The notes below the pieces were generated by a model that made no database searches, was not told the DNA's origin, and saw nothing but the letters and a program-made list of their open reading frames with translations. Below, piece by piece: positions 39,638-52,545 of a DNA stretch of 64,000 nucleotides. Source of the stretch: Octopus bimaculoides (Eukaryota). The stretch's first letter is position 1, and every line of letters starts with the position of its first letter. Position numbers and translations under genes: made by a program. The stretch is taken from positions 83,030,894 to 83,094,893 of the forward strand of contig NC_068983.1 in assembly GCF_001194135.2 (NCBI RefSeq). The letters are read 5' to 3'.

Positions 39638-40591
39638 TATACACATCTATGTCTATAAGGATATAATTTTGTAAATATACATTTCCATGTATGCGTATGT
39701 TAGTGTTTGGATTTGTGCGCACGAAGATATTTTTGCTGATGTATTGCTGTATAGTGGATCACATACGCACACACATATACATGCCTACTTGCATATATAC
39801 AATCCCTCACATACATACAAACATACATACATAAATACATATATGTATGCATATCCACCAAATTATTGCAATGAGCGCTGGTCTTGCTACAAATCTCAAA
39901 AATGACAGAGTTAATATATTCGCTAATAGAATAAAGCTCGAGGCATATTTGGCAACAGAGGATTGACATTTTTACCTGGAGTTCACCCGATGAACATGCA
40001 GGTCGAATTGAATCAATTTTATCAAACAACCACTGTTTTCCGTTTGTTTGAGAGTTAGGAATTTTAATTCAGTTTTGTTATTTTCATTCGTTGTTATTTG
40101 TTTTTAATCTTAGTTTTTTTCTGTTGAAAAATTTTAGATATTTTCATAATCTAATATGTAGAAAAGAGAGCAATGGTGATAAAGCAAATGTCTTTAAACT
40201 ATGTTTAACTAGAATTGGGATTCATTTAAATGTGGATTGATAATAATTTTCCATTGCTTTAATGATTTCAGTTCAGACTTATAAACCAATAAGATAATGA
40301 TTGGAGAGCTAGAGATTGAAAATCTTTATGGTGATTTAGTTACCTATAACGCATACAATCTACAATCAAAGCACATTTATCACTTTAAATACGGTAAGGA
40401 AACATTGGATAATTTAATCGTGGATAGAAAAAAGACTGAAAAGTCATAGATGGAACCTCTTTGATGATAGGACTTCGAAATCAGGGTTGAACTTCATTTC
40501 ATATATACTAAACCAGTAACTAGAATTTCTCATTAAATGGCGTCGTTGAGTTGAAAATAATGAACCTGTAAAGAATCGATAGGTGTTGATA

Positions 40592-40662
40592 TGCAATGAC
40601 CTTCTGAGAAGTACTAATGTGCAATGACCTTCTCAGAAGTATTAATGTGCAACGACCTTCTG
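40592..40662. repeat. 28-bp tandem repeat, about 2.5 units
   Basis: TGCAATGACCTTCT(G/C)AGAAGTA(C/T)TAATG units start at 40592, 40620 and 40648. Confidence 0.9.
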
Positions 40663-42349
40663 TCGTTCTAAATAGGGTGTATTACGTGTGCATTGCCATT
40701 AACTCGCTTTTCTATCAGATCTATTTCTGCTTTTGCACTTTTGTCCAGAAGTAAAATGCTTGAACTTGTGAATTTTGGCATCACAAATTTGTATATATTA
40801 GTTATCCACAATAATAAACTTTAACGACATACATTCGTTTATTTATATAAATTTATATAAATTTATATAAATTTGCTTATAGATTTCTTTCAAATGAAAT
40901 ATTCCATAACGCTCCTTCCAGAATATTCATATTTTGAAGGTTGGGTGGGGTCAATAAAAAAGAAAACAATTTCACGGATTCTTTGGCTTTTTATTTAATT
41001 CCAGCTATTGTAGAAATAAATAAGAATCAAATTTTACCTTGGATGCGATGTACCACTATCAAGAAATTTCTCCGGAAGCCACGTATCTCTTTTTAACGTG
41101 GATGAATTGAGACATTTTCCTGCCAAAAGAGACAGATAATCAACAGAAATAATCAAATGCCCGCAATGAATTTTGAACCCATATGTTACAGTTTAATTTC
41201 CCATTTTCAAAGTACCCAACCAGGTAAGGCAATAGTAAAGAGACTAATCTAGAGAGTATTAGGGCAGACAGTGAATCTTGATAGTAATTTTCAGTATATT
41301 ATCAAAACAGGAATTAAAAGAATTACAAAAATCAGCCTATATCCAAAACAGGAAGTAAGGAATGTACAACAAAGAAAAGCAAAGCTCGTTCTTGTTTACA
41401 TGTGACACGTTAATCAAAACGTACGTTTCTCTTCTCCCAAGTTCCTTTTTCACTTTTCTCGCTGTCGAATGACTACTGTAAGAAATGTCCACCATTCTCA
41501 TTATTTCTTTCTTACAGTGTAAAACTAATTGCTATATTCTGTGTATTCTTGTGCTCGCTTTTCGATTCTTCTGTTCTTGGTACAATTCTTTCGCTGTATG
41601 TAATTTGTTTACAAGATGTCAGTCTATGCAAAAATTTCTAGTGTATATTATCGTTAAATGTATCTCTTCAATTCTAAATATATTAATTATGCTGTTGTTT
41701 TTGTGTTGTTGTACTCAGATTTGTTATGAGACCTATGTGCTATGTTTGAAAATCACTTGATCTCTCGATCGGTGTTTTCCAAACAACTATGACAAGTAAC
41801 GGTTGAATATTGTCATTGATGTAACAACCAGCGTGTGTGTGTGTATGTGTGTGAGTGAGTGTGTGTGTGTGTATGTGTATGTATGTGTGTGTTCATGTGT
41901 ATATATGTCAGTGTATGTTTTTGTGCGCATATGTGTGTGAAAAAGGAGAGAGCAAAAGTTACAAAGACAGGAAAAGTAAGATGAGAAAGCATGAAAAGAA
42001 AGAAAAGATTGAGAGAAAAAAAAGAAGAGGACTGTGAATAAAGAAAAGAAGTGCGTTATGTTAAGTCACACAGATATAACATACCAGAGAAAGATTACAC
42101 TGAAAACAACCATTCACATGCAATCATCAGCTGAAAAAACAAAATGCAGAAAATTTATAAAGAAATAAACTATCTTATTTTATTTCTTTCACTTGGACAA
42201 CATAACACCTTATTGGTTAGAACTGTTGTTAATGTGATTGTTGTTCTCAATGTTCTTTATTAACTCCATATTAGTACAGATTGAGCAGACTTCTAATCGA
42301 ATTCACCTAAGTGCGATCACACAATGTAATTTTCAGGCATATTGATTTG

Positions 42350-42550
42350 TGATTTAGGCAAAAGGTCAAGAGTTTTAAGGGGAAGCGACCGTTGATACCA
42401 TTGACGCCTATATTTGACTAGTATTTTATTCTACCCAACGTCGACGAATGAAAGATAAAGTTAATCTCAGCGGGATTTGACCTCAAAACATAAAGAATCA
42501 GAACATATACTGCAAAGAATATATCACGACACTGTCAGCTCGTCGCTCTT
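42350..42550 (-). mobile_element. Old SINE family A copy
   Basis: GGCAAAAGGTCAAGAGTTTTAAGGGG..TTTGACTAGTATTTTATT..GAATGAAAGATAAAGTTAATCTCAGCGGGATTTGACCTCAAAAC. Confidence 0.65.
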
Positions 42551-42580
42551 AAGTTAAAGCAAGTATCAAAGTTTGATAGC

Positions 42581-42910
42581 TCAATGTGTCTTTCTTTTCA
42601 GTTCAATGTGTCTTTCTTTTCAGTTCAATGTGTCTTTCTTTTCAGTTCAATGTGTCTTTCTTTTCAGTTCAATGTGTCTTTCTTTTCAGTTCAATGTGTC
42701 TTTCTTTTCAGTTCAATGTGTCTTTCTTTTCAGTTCAATGTGTCTTTCTTTTCAGTTCAATGTGTCTTTCTTTTCAGTTCAATGTGTCTTTCTTTTCAGT
42801 TCAATGTGTCTTTCTTTTCAGTTCAATGTGTCTTTCTTTTCAGTTCAATGTGTCTTACTTTTCAGTTCAATGTGTCTTTCTTTTCAACTCAGTGTGTCCT
42901 TCTTTTCCTG
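42581..42910 (+). repeat. 22-bp minisatellite, 15 units
   Basis: Unit TCAATGTGTCTTTCTTTTCAGT. Twelve perfect copies, one single-base variant (42845) and two degenerate terminal units. Confidence 0.97.
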
Positions 42911-43062
42911 TAGTAGGCTTTAATTTTAGGGAGATTCGGCTGTAGTTTTTTATAAGCCGATTGAATATAACAAAACGACCCACTCGTCAGCTCATTGATT
43001 AGGATGATGTTTACATTTGGATACAGCTGGAAACACGTACACATACGCCCACGGTCTCACAG

Positions 43063-43138
<76 letters not shown>

Positions 43139-43654
43139 TCCAGTAAATTTTGTAATCGTTACCAATATAGCATAAGATTTCACCCCAAAGGATCATTGAT
43201 TAGATTCCTTAAGAATACCTTGGATATATATATATATATATATACATATATATCAATCTGCACACACGGTTATGTGAGCCATCTTAATGGCTACTGTGTA
43301 TTCTCAAGACGGGCTAGCACTTGCAACAACACCTCAAAACCACGGTTAGTTACAGTAGTAAAACAAGAGCATATTGGATGTTGTCCTGAACTCACGCTGT
43401 GAAAAAATGAGATAGTCATGAATGGAACGCTTTTTGGTTACAATTTTCAATTGGAACTGGCTATGAGTAAATATGAACAGGCAACAAGGTAGCCTTTAGA
43501 CGGTGGTTTCACCTGTTATGGAATATCAGACATTCTCCCTCATTTAATCTTCATCAATACAAAACATTGTCAATTATATATATTCGTGTGTGTGTGTTTA
43601 TATACATAGTTATATGTGTTTATATGAGTGTGTGTGTGAGTATGTATATGTATG

Positions 43655-43705
<51 letters not shown>

Positions 43706-44953
43706 NNNNNNNNNNNNNNNNNNNNNNNNNNNNNNNNNNNNNNNNNNNNNNNNNNNNNNNNNNNNNNNNNNNNNNNNNNNNNNNNNNNNNNNNNNNNNNN
43801 NNNNNNNNNNNNNNNNNNNNNNNNNNNNNNNNNNNNNNNNNNNNNNNNNNNNNNNNNNNNNNNNNNNNNNNNNNNNNNNNNNNNNNNNNNNNNNNNNNNN
43901 NNNNNNNNNNNNNNNNNNNNNNNNNNNNNNNNNNNNNNNNNNNNNNNNNNNNNNNNNNNNNNNNNNNNNNNNNNNNNNNNNNNNNNNNNNNNNNNNNNNN
44001 NNNNNNNTATATATATGCATGTATGCATATATGTATGTATGTGTATGTATGTATATGTGTATATGTATATATGTATGTATGTATGCATACATATATATAT
44101 ATGTACGTACATCTGTGTGTGGGGATTTACAAAAATGCATAATCTAATTTTCTCCTCTCTCTCTCTTTCTCTCTCTCTCTATCTGTATATATATGAATAT
44201 GTATATAAATGCATACATAAATACATATGTATATACATACATATCTACATATAATATATATATATATACACACATATATACATACCTATGTACCTATCTA
44301 CATTCTTTGCATACATACATATGTACATGTATATATATATCTGTGTGTGTGCATGTGTGTGTATGCGTGTGTATGCGTGTGTATGTGTGTGTGTATGAAT
44401 TTACTATGATGCATAGAGATCATAATGTTTAACATGTTCAACACACAGTACTAACACCTTAGTTTTTGTTTGCAAACTGAGCTAAGCTGTCACCGTTCTG
44501 ATTGGACCGAACAATGAACCAGCATCACATTAGTTTGACTAGAGAAATGTTTCTTTGATCTGTTGTATATTTACATTATATGTCTATGTCATTGCAAATA
44601 TCTCTTCTGAATTTTTCATTTCAAGACAATAGGAGAGTGTGATGCTGTATTTCTTACGTAGATGTTTACAAACTGTCTAAAGTGTCTGCCTAAACAAGAA
44701 AGGATTAGGCTGAGAATAAACAAAGTGTTTGTGGATACAATGGAAGTGTGTTCATGAGTTGTAATATAAGCTTTCTGTTGATTTACTTTTAAACATTTAA
44801 AAAAATATTTTGTGGGAATTTTTGTACATTCCTGTACTATTTGTAAATATATCAGATCGTAATTCAAATAGAATTTTCTTTTATTATATTAAATCCTAAT
44901 CAACTTGATTTTATTACAATGTTTATCATTGAGCTTTACTACTCGATCTACCG

Positions 44954-45070
<117 letters not shown>

Positions 45071-45149
45071 GATGCTACAGATGTCATTGTGATCGTCAAC
45101 GTTTAGTTCCCGGTCTCTTGTGTTCAAGCAGTAATATGTGTGTGCATGT

Positions 45150-45812
45150 GTGTGCATGCATGTGTGAGTATGTGTGCATGAGCATATGCATGTTTGCATA
45201 TGTGTCCATGCCTAATTTGTATTTGCGTTTGTTCTCCTTTAGCTTGAAAGCCTGTTTTGATTTAATGTTCCCCTAACCTAGCGGTCCAGCAAAAATGGCT
45301 AGTAGAATAAGCACCAGACAAGTGCTGTGGGCGGTTTGCTCGACTCTCCAATGCAAGGTAGAGAGCCAGCGTGGTCGCAGTCTGTTAACTGAAACAAGTA
45401 AAAGAATAAAAGATTGTCTTCTTACTTTCAAGTATAATATATATATATGGTTCAGGGTTCAGTCCCACTGCGTGACACCTTGGGCAAGTGTCTTCGACTA
45501 TAGCCTCGGGCCGACCAAAGCCTTGTGAGTGGATTTGGTAGACGGAAACTGAAAGAAGCCCATCGTATATAAGTATATGTATATGTATATATATATGTGT
45601 GTGTGTGTCTGTGTTTGTCCCCCCAACATCGCTTGACAACCGATGTTGGTGTGTTTACGTCCCCATAACTTAGCGGTTCGGCCAAGAGACCGATAGAATA
45701 AGTATTAGGCTTACAAAGAATAAGTCCTGAGGTCGATTTGCTCGACTAAAGGCGGTGCTTCCGCATGGCCGCAGTCAAATGACTGAAACAAGTAAAAGAG
45801 TAAAAGAGACTA
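45150..45812 (+). mobile_element. Tandem SINE family B copies: old 3' half (about 45150-45412) and young near-complete copy (45447-45812)
   Basis: The young copy has the B-box GGTTCAGTCCC, CORE-like GACACCTTGGGCAAGTGTCTT, an internal (TA)/(TG) tract, and the tail GGCGGTGCTTCCGCATGGCCGCAGTCAAATGACTGAAACAAGTAAAAGAGTAAAAGAG. Confidence 0.92.
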
Positions 45813-47833
45813 AATTAACCAATGTATTCTTCCTTTCTTAAGATGATTTGGTGGGATATTTTAGGGAATTCGGCTGTCAGTTCTAACTAACCGAAAGATT
45901 ATGTCGATGTTCCTTCATTATTTGTCTTTTTCTTTGGTTCCTTGTTGTTGCATTAAGATAAGAGAGCATTTATAAAATTACCTATGTTTTCATTCTCAGA
46001 TCACTAGCTCAAACTTTCCTTAGATTGTAATTTCAGATTTATGATGAGGATTATAGGGCATTGTAGTTATAAAAAATGTTTTCTGTTCTTACTAGGAGTT
46101 GTATTTTCTAATATCCCAGGAGTTGATCCATGAAAATATAATAAAAGTCAGAAGTTTAGCCAGTTTGCTTGGAATAGATAAACAGAGTTAATGATTAAAT
46201 TGTCGCATGACGATGATTGGTGGGAAATCTGAAGTGGCATAATGGTTCGACATTTCATATAGTTCTGGAGAAGAAAGTGTTTGTCAAAGTGTTTTCTTAG
46301 GAAAATTTCATTTGAAAATGAGATTGTAATATCTTTAATACAGGAGAATAAATAAAACGAAATTTGACATGTTTCAATAAGCAGTATTATCAGAACACTT
46401 TGTTTACAACAGGTAATTACATAAGGTGATATATTACACATATTAGGCACAATGATTCATTACTATTAATTTTATCGTATACTGCTTTACTTTTATCATA
46501 GCTTCATATAAAAGAATGACAGGGAGAAAGCAAAATACAGAGAGAGTGGGAAAGAGAGAGAGAGAAAGAATTGAAGTGAAGAGTGGGAGAGAATAAGAAT
46601 GAAAGTAAAGAACTGCTTAAATAAATACAGTATATACAAAGTTATTAAATCCAAGCATAAAACTAATTATTGCCAATATTAAAGAAAAAAATAAACAGAA
46701 GAGTAACCTGAAAAATTGGCAACAGAATATTCCAGAACATTCCAAGAACATTATCATTGCCAACAAACCAAAACAGCAGCAACAACTTTAAACAAAAATA
46801 AATATTATATGGATTGCAAGGGCTACGTTAGAATTAAATGAAGGAAGATAAATTAATGTAAATAATAAATGTTAATGATAGAATGTGTAACCTTAGATTG
46901 CTAGAACACAATGAATGAGGTTATGGAGTTTTATTAGTGTCATTTGGTTGTGCTGATAATAATATGATTTCTAGTTTTTCTTTCTTTTGTTCCCATTATG
47001 TTTTGTTGTTTACTTTTTTCAATTAATATAATAATAGATGGAGTATGATAGAAAAATATATGAAAAACCATATCTTATATTACTTATTGTGAAACAATGA
47101 AATTCTTTGGAGAAAGAACGCTGGTGTTATTAATATTTCATCGAGAGTTTCATTAATATTGAATAATTGGATCAAAAATTTAAAAGATTTGCTTTGTATA
47201 AGATTCCAGCTGAAGGATATTGGTGTTTGATAAGCATGATAGTTATTAAGCTCCTTCATTCAAAATATTCTATTGTTGAAGCTACAGTATCATGTATTCT
47301 AGCCAGAATAATAAAACCTGCTTTTTTGAATTAAAGCAAAATAATATATTCCATTGACATTCTCAGGTCGTGTGCCTAAAGTCTTCCTCTATGAAAATGA
47401 TATGCAGCCATTCATTTAAGATTATCATTACTAATGCTATCATCATTATCATTATCAATGGCAGTAGCTTTAACCTTCTCACTATCATGTTATTACCATC
47501 GTCATCATTTTAATCCATGCCCAACGTATTAGACTGGCATATATTAAACGAATCTACACAACATTTGAAAGAAAAAAACGTTTCCCTCTCTGACAAGCGC
47601 TTACTCCAGAGATTTCAGAATATCCTTTTCCTTAAAGCATACGAATTTCTCCTGTCTCGTAGACTTCGCTGCATAATTTCGACCAATGCATTAGAATCAA
47701 CAGTTTCCATAGCCTTTGTTTTTACCTATAATAAGGCATATCTTCTTTAACTTGGTCCTTGTGTTCCGACATTGAATATACACAAGTATGCTTTTTTCTT
47801 AACTACTCGGGGGACAGTGGGGTTTGTCGTTAT

Positions 47834-47882
47834 TGTTCTGATGAAGAGCTATCCATAATATCCCAGAAACAGCTGTAAGACT
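47834..47882 (+). ncRNA. Degenerate minimal type I hammerhead-ribozyme motif (Penelope pLTR type)
   Basis: CTGATGA-AGAGCTATCCATAATATCCCA-GAAA-CAGCTG-TA-AGAC. Both core boxes and the palindromic stem III are intact; stem II is eroded. Confidence 0.6.
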
Positions 47883-47944
47883 ATTTCCTTATAAATGTCC
47901 TGAAAACTCCTTACAGCCTTGGCTTTGTTATTTCATTCTGTCTA

Positions 47945-47993
<49 letters not shown>

Positions 47994-48214
47994 NNNNNNN
48001 NNNNNNNNNNNNNNNNNNNNNNNNNNNNNNNNNNNNNNNNNNNNNNNNNNNNNNNNNNNNNNNNNNNNNNNNNNNNTATATGCATGTATATATATATGTA
48101 TGTATGTATATATATATACATATATATATATATACATACATACATACATACATACATACATACATACATACAGACATACATACATACATACACATACATA
48201 CATACATACATACA

Positions 48215-48249
<35 letters not shown>

Positions 48250-48370
48250 CGTAACATTTCGGGGTGGTCATTTCTTTTTTGCCAAATAAACACATGCACT
48301 ATGTATTCGTTCTTTACTTCAGATTTATTATTGTTTATATTTTATGTCTTTAGTCTGGAAATCTTTCGTC

Positions 48371-48557
48371 ACACGTCCTGTGACTCTTCACCGACTCTCC
48401 ATCCCACATGTCTCCTCCTCTTCTGTTCAGTATATTCTATTTAGTCCATTCTGTTTATTTCATTCTGTTTAGCTCATTCTGTTTAGTCCACTGAATGGAC
48501 TACACAGAACAGGAGTCACGTGGAATGGAGAGTCGCTGAAGAATTCACAGGATGTGC
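48371..48557. repeat. Long imperfect inverted repeat (MITE-like hairpin)
   Basis: Left ACACGTCCTGTGACTCTTCACCGACTCTCCATCCCACATGTCTCCT..TAGTCCA pairs with right TGGACTACACAGAACAGGAGTCACGTGGAATGGGAGAGTCGCTGAAGAATTCACAGGATGTG. Confidence 0.85.
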
Positions 48558-48895
48558 CACGAAAGATTTCCAGACTAAGAACATAAAATTAGAACAATAA
48601 TAAATCAGAAGTAAAGAACGAATACATAGTGCGATTGTTTATTCGGCAAAAATATAATGACCGTCCCAAAATACAACTGTTTCAAGACATGATTTCACAT
48701 AAAGAATCTTGCAAGATATATACATATACATACATTGTACATATTTGGTTTATATTTCTAGGAGTCCGAGTGGCAATATAAATGGTTCTTTGTTGAACCC
48801 TGAGAAGTCACAACATACAGTGACATCGCGTTACTCACCGGAAAATATATTTACCCAGTGGCAGAACAGACAGACCAGGCATCTGCCAAAATACA

Positions 48896-48896
48896 A

Positions 48897-48985
<89 letters not shown>
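48896..48985. repeat. (TC)n microsatellite
   Basis: Seen directly. Confidence 0.98.
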
Positions 48986-48990
<5 letters not shown>

Positions 48991-50669
48991 ATCTCTCTTT
49001 CTTTCTTTCCTTTTCTCTGCTCCTCTCTTTCTCGCTCGCTCTGTACCTCTCTCTTCCCATTCCGTTTCAGCATTTCAGAGAGGTGGTTTGTGTAAGTAGA
49101 ACTACAAGGTATGAGTTATTAGGGATGATGTTATTGATTTTGAAAGGAAGGATGACCAATGTTTCTCCCTTTAACATTTTATTGCACTGCAGCCATACTG
49201 GAACACCACTTAGAAGCGTTTTTAGTCAAAGAAATCTTCCAGTATTTACTGTAAGTGTTCTGCTTATTGTATCTAATTCTTTTTGAAGTGCCGCTAAGTT
49301 ACATATACACATATACTTACACAAGCTCAATTATAATAAGGGTTATTATTATCATTAAATTAAGATTAGAATTAATCTTAAACTCGGAAAATTTTTCATC
49401 AAATATTAATTGAAATAACACATTTGCTATAATTAACATATTAAAAGATATATTGCATCAAATCCCTAAAATATATCCTATTTATTCAAGAAACTTAATT
49501 TTAATTAATTAGATAAATTACACTAGCATAATATTTTAATTTAACCTATTTGACCTTAAGCAACCTTTTCTCATTTATAATTATTGAATAGAGAAAATAT
49601 CAAAAAATACAAATATATAAATATAGCTTATTGCATACAAAAAAAGTTAAGAAGGAAAAGGATTATTCACATTAAAACAAGCAATCTTAATAAAATGAAT
49701 AGAAAAGTTATTAAATAACTGACTCTACATAGTTGAGATAACTGAATTTGGTTAGGAAGGAAAGAATACTACAGGAAGTTTGAAGAATAGCCATCAAAGA
49801 ATCGGCACAGTTTGGGAATTGTTTTGAAGAATGTTTAATAAAATTATTAAAGATACAAGAAACTGAATGTAACAAATCAAACTTCATTGTCATAATAATC
49901 TCTTTGAATATAAAATTTCTGAAATATTTGTTAATTTAATCTAAGTAGATTTATTCACTTTGAGGTGACAATGAAAGCGGGGAATACATTTTATTCATAT
50001 TGTCTCATACATCTCTTGTAGCTTTAATCCATGTAATCTAAGATCGGTATTTCGGAATTGCTTCAGGTCTTCTTGTAGTCTTTTAAATATAAGTTGCATG
50101 CTATATGACATTTGTTTGGAGCCTTTAACAATTTAAAGAATTACAAATGTCTAAAAACCTCACAGACAATCTTCGCTTTTTTGATTTCATACTACTGATG
50201 TTGTTGTTTGACTTGAAGTCAACACTGATTGAGCAGACGTAGCATCAAAAATAATTACTGATGTTTTCCCTATTTTTTCTTTATTTTATTTTATGTGATG
50301 TTGATTTAGAGATTCTCTTAAGAAGCGTGCAAATATTAAAGAAGGATAAAAGCAATAGAGAAAAGGCCTGACCAGTCACATACTGGCCTATAAGGCTATT
50401 GGAATATTTAGCTGATAATGTGTTGGAAATCATTCAAGTGTGCAAAGGTGTGATGGCCTGAGTAGAACATTAAGCAAAATAGCTTCAAACATTTTAGGTG
50501 TTCGTTGGGATAGGGTTATAAATAGTGGGTCGAGAAGTAATTAGCCAATTAACAATCTTAAAATTGCTTAAATAATTATCAAATAAATTCTAAAAGATAT
50601 AAACGCATATATAAAATTAGATAAAAGATGATTCTAAGGCAAATATTAAAGGGGATAACGAATCTTCTT

Positions 50670-50995
50670 GAAAGATTCCTCTCTTGATATTAACTTTCTA
50701 GATTTTAATTCATTTAGAACTGCTTTGTCTATGTACAATAGATCATGCCTTCTTCCTGCAATCTTCTGTTCTTCTGGCAGAAAATTATGGTTGTCAAGGT
50801 GCTTGTAAATACTTTCTGAAAGCATTCTTGTTAACAGCTTCTACACTAACGGTATGCAAGTGACTGGTCTATAATTGTTAGCTGTATTACCCTTGCTTTT
50901 GTTTTTTATAAGGAGTACTGTTCTCCCTCTAGTCATCCCATCTGGTATCACTCCTTCATTCAGGCATTCCTGAAATTATTCCCTCAGTCTCCAAT
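50670..50995 (-). mobile_element. R4/Dong/Rex6-like non-LTR retrotransposon RT fragment
   Basis: Translates to FQECLNEGVIPDGMTRGRTVLLIKNKSKGNTANNYRPVTCIPLV*KLLTRMLSESIYKHLDNHNFLPEEQK(G)CRK..HDLLYIDKAVLNELKSRK. Confidence 0.85.
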
Positions 50996-51065
50996 GTAAG
51001 CTACTAAATTTCTTTGACTAGTACCCTATTATTATTATTATTATCATCATCTTTACCATCATCAT

Positions 51066-51119
<54 letters not shown>

Positions 51120-51766
51120 TATCATTAATACCTTTATTATTGCAATTATTGTTTCTAATAGTGTTATTACGATTACTATCATGGTATATGCTAAGTTTAC
51201 GCCTATTGAATGTTGCAATAATCAACCGTACGTTGGATGTGGCAGAGCAAGATAGTTTTATTGTAGACATAAAGTTATGTTGACGTGGAAAATTAGATTT
51301 TAGAATATTAAAGAACAGTTTTTGTAATCCTTTACCATTCAAAAGGACGAGAGATAGAAACCAGAGAATTTGATACTCTTATCTAGTCCATCTGAACGAT
51401 CAAAATAGGTATACGTATACAGAAAACTACATATGCTGTTCCTCTCGGTCACAGAAACAGAGTAGGATCTAAGAGAACGAAAACTACAGGCCTTCATATT
51501 ATCGATAGTGAAGATCCCAGTAGTATGGTTCTGAATATTATAGATAGCTTCAGTTGGTCTATTGTGAGGAGCCGATTGTGCGAATAAAATTTTGAGCAAA
51601 GTGCAACCGATACATTGCCAATCGCAAATTTTGTTTGCCTGGATTCTGTCCCTCTTCGTTCCCTTTGTTCGACGTTTGATGTTGGTGTCTAGTCAGGTTT
51701 GAGCACTAATTGTCAATGTGTGCATGTAACTATTTAGAGAAATGAATAGACTGGTAGATAGATACT

Positions 51767-51839
<73 letters not shown>

Positions 51840-52417
51840 TGATATATAGATAGATACTTCCATCCATCCATCCATACAGACAGATAGACAGACAGACAGA
51901 CAGTCAGACAGGCAGGCAGACAGACATTAATGCTTGTGAAAGTGTATCTGTATATTTTTTTCATTTGATTTCAAATATTTGTATCATTTTTCATTACCTT
52001 ATAAATTCTTATGCAGTAATCAATAAATATTACGAGTAGATCCCTAAGCCACGTATAGTAAAAAGTCAGGAAAAATAATCCTGCGAAAGCAGAAAAAAAT
52101 TCTGAGAATTACTTGTAATGATAACGGGGAGAGGAGGGAAAATAATTTTCTAACCTTAAAGCGTTAGCGAACTTTAATTTTTATATGGACTCGTTAGATC
52201 AGTACATGAAAAGGGTCATTTAAGATTGGAATTGTTGTTACTTATAACCTTAAAGCATCTGATCAAGCCACCTCGTATGAATGCATAGAGAATTAAGGAC
52301 AGATGTCGAGAGAACGGTGTTTCGTATAGTTGATGATGTACGTCGAGAAGGCTGATGTGGGATTAAGAGAAAAGAATACATTGAGAAATATAAGTGTATA
52401 TATATTCATATTCATGT

Positions 52418-52498
<81 letters not shown>

Positions 52499-52545
52499 CA
52501 TATATTCATATACATGTATATATATTCATAGGAAGAGAATTCGGT

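Noticed and set aside
42573-42945. Three repetitive ORFs and CRISPR-like periodicity
   Set aside because: This is a spacer-less 22-bp tandem repeat. It has no unique spacers and no cas genes, and the context is eukaryotic.
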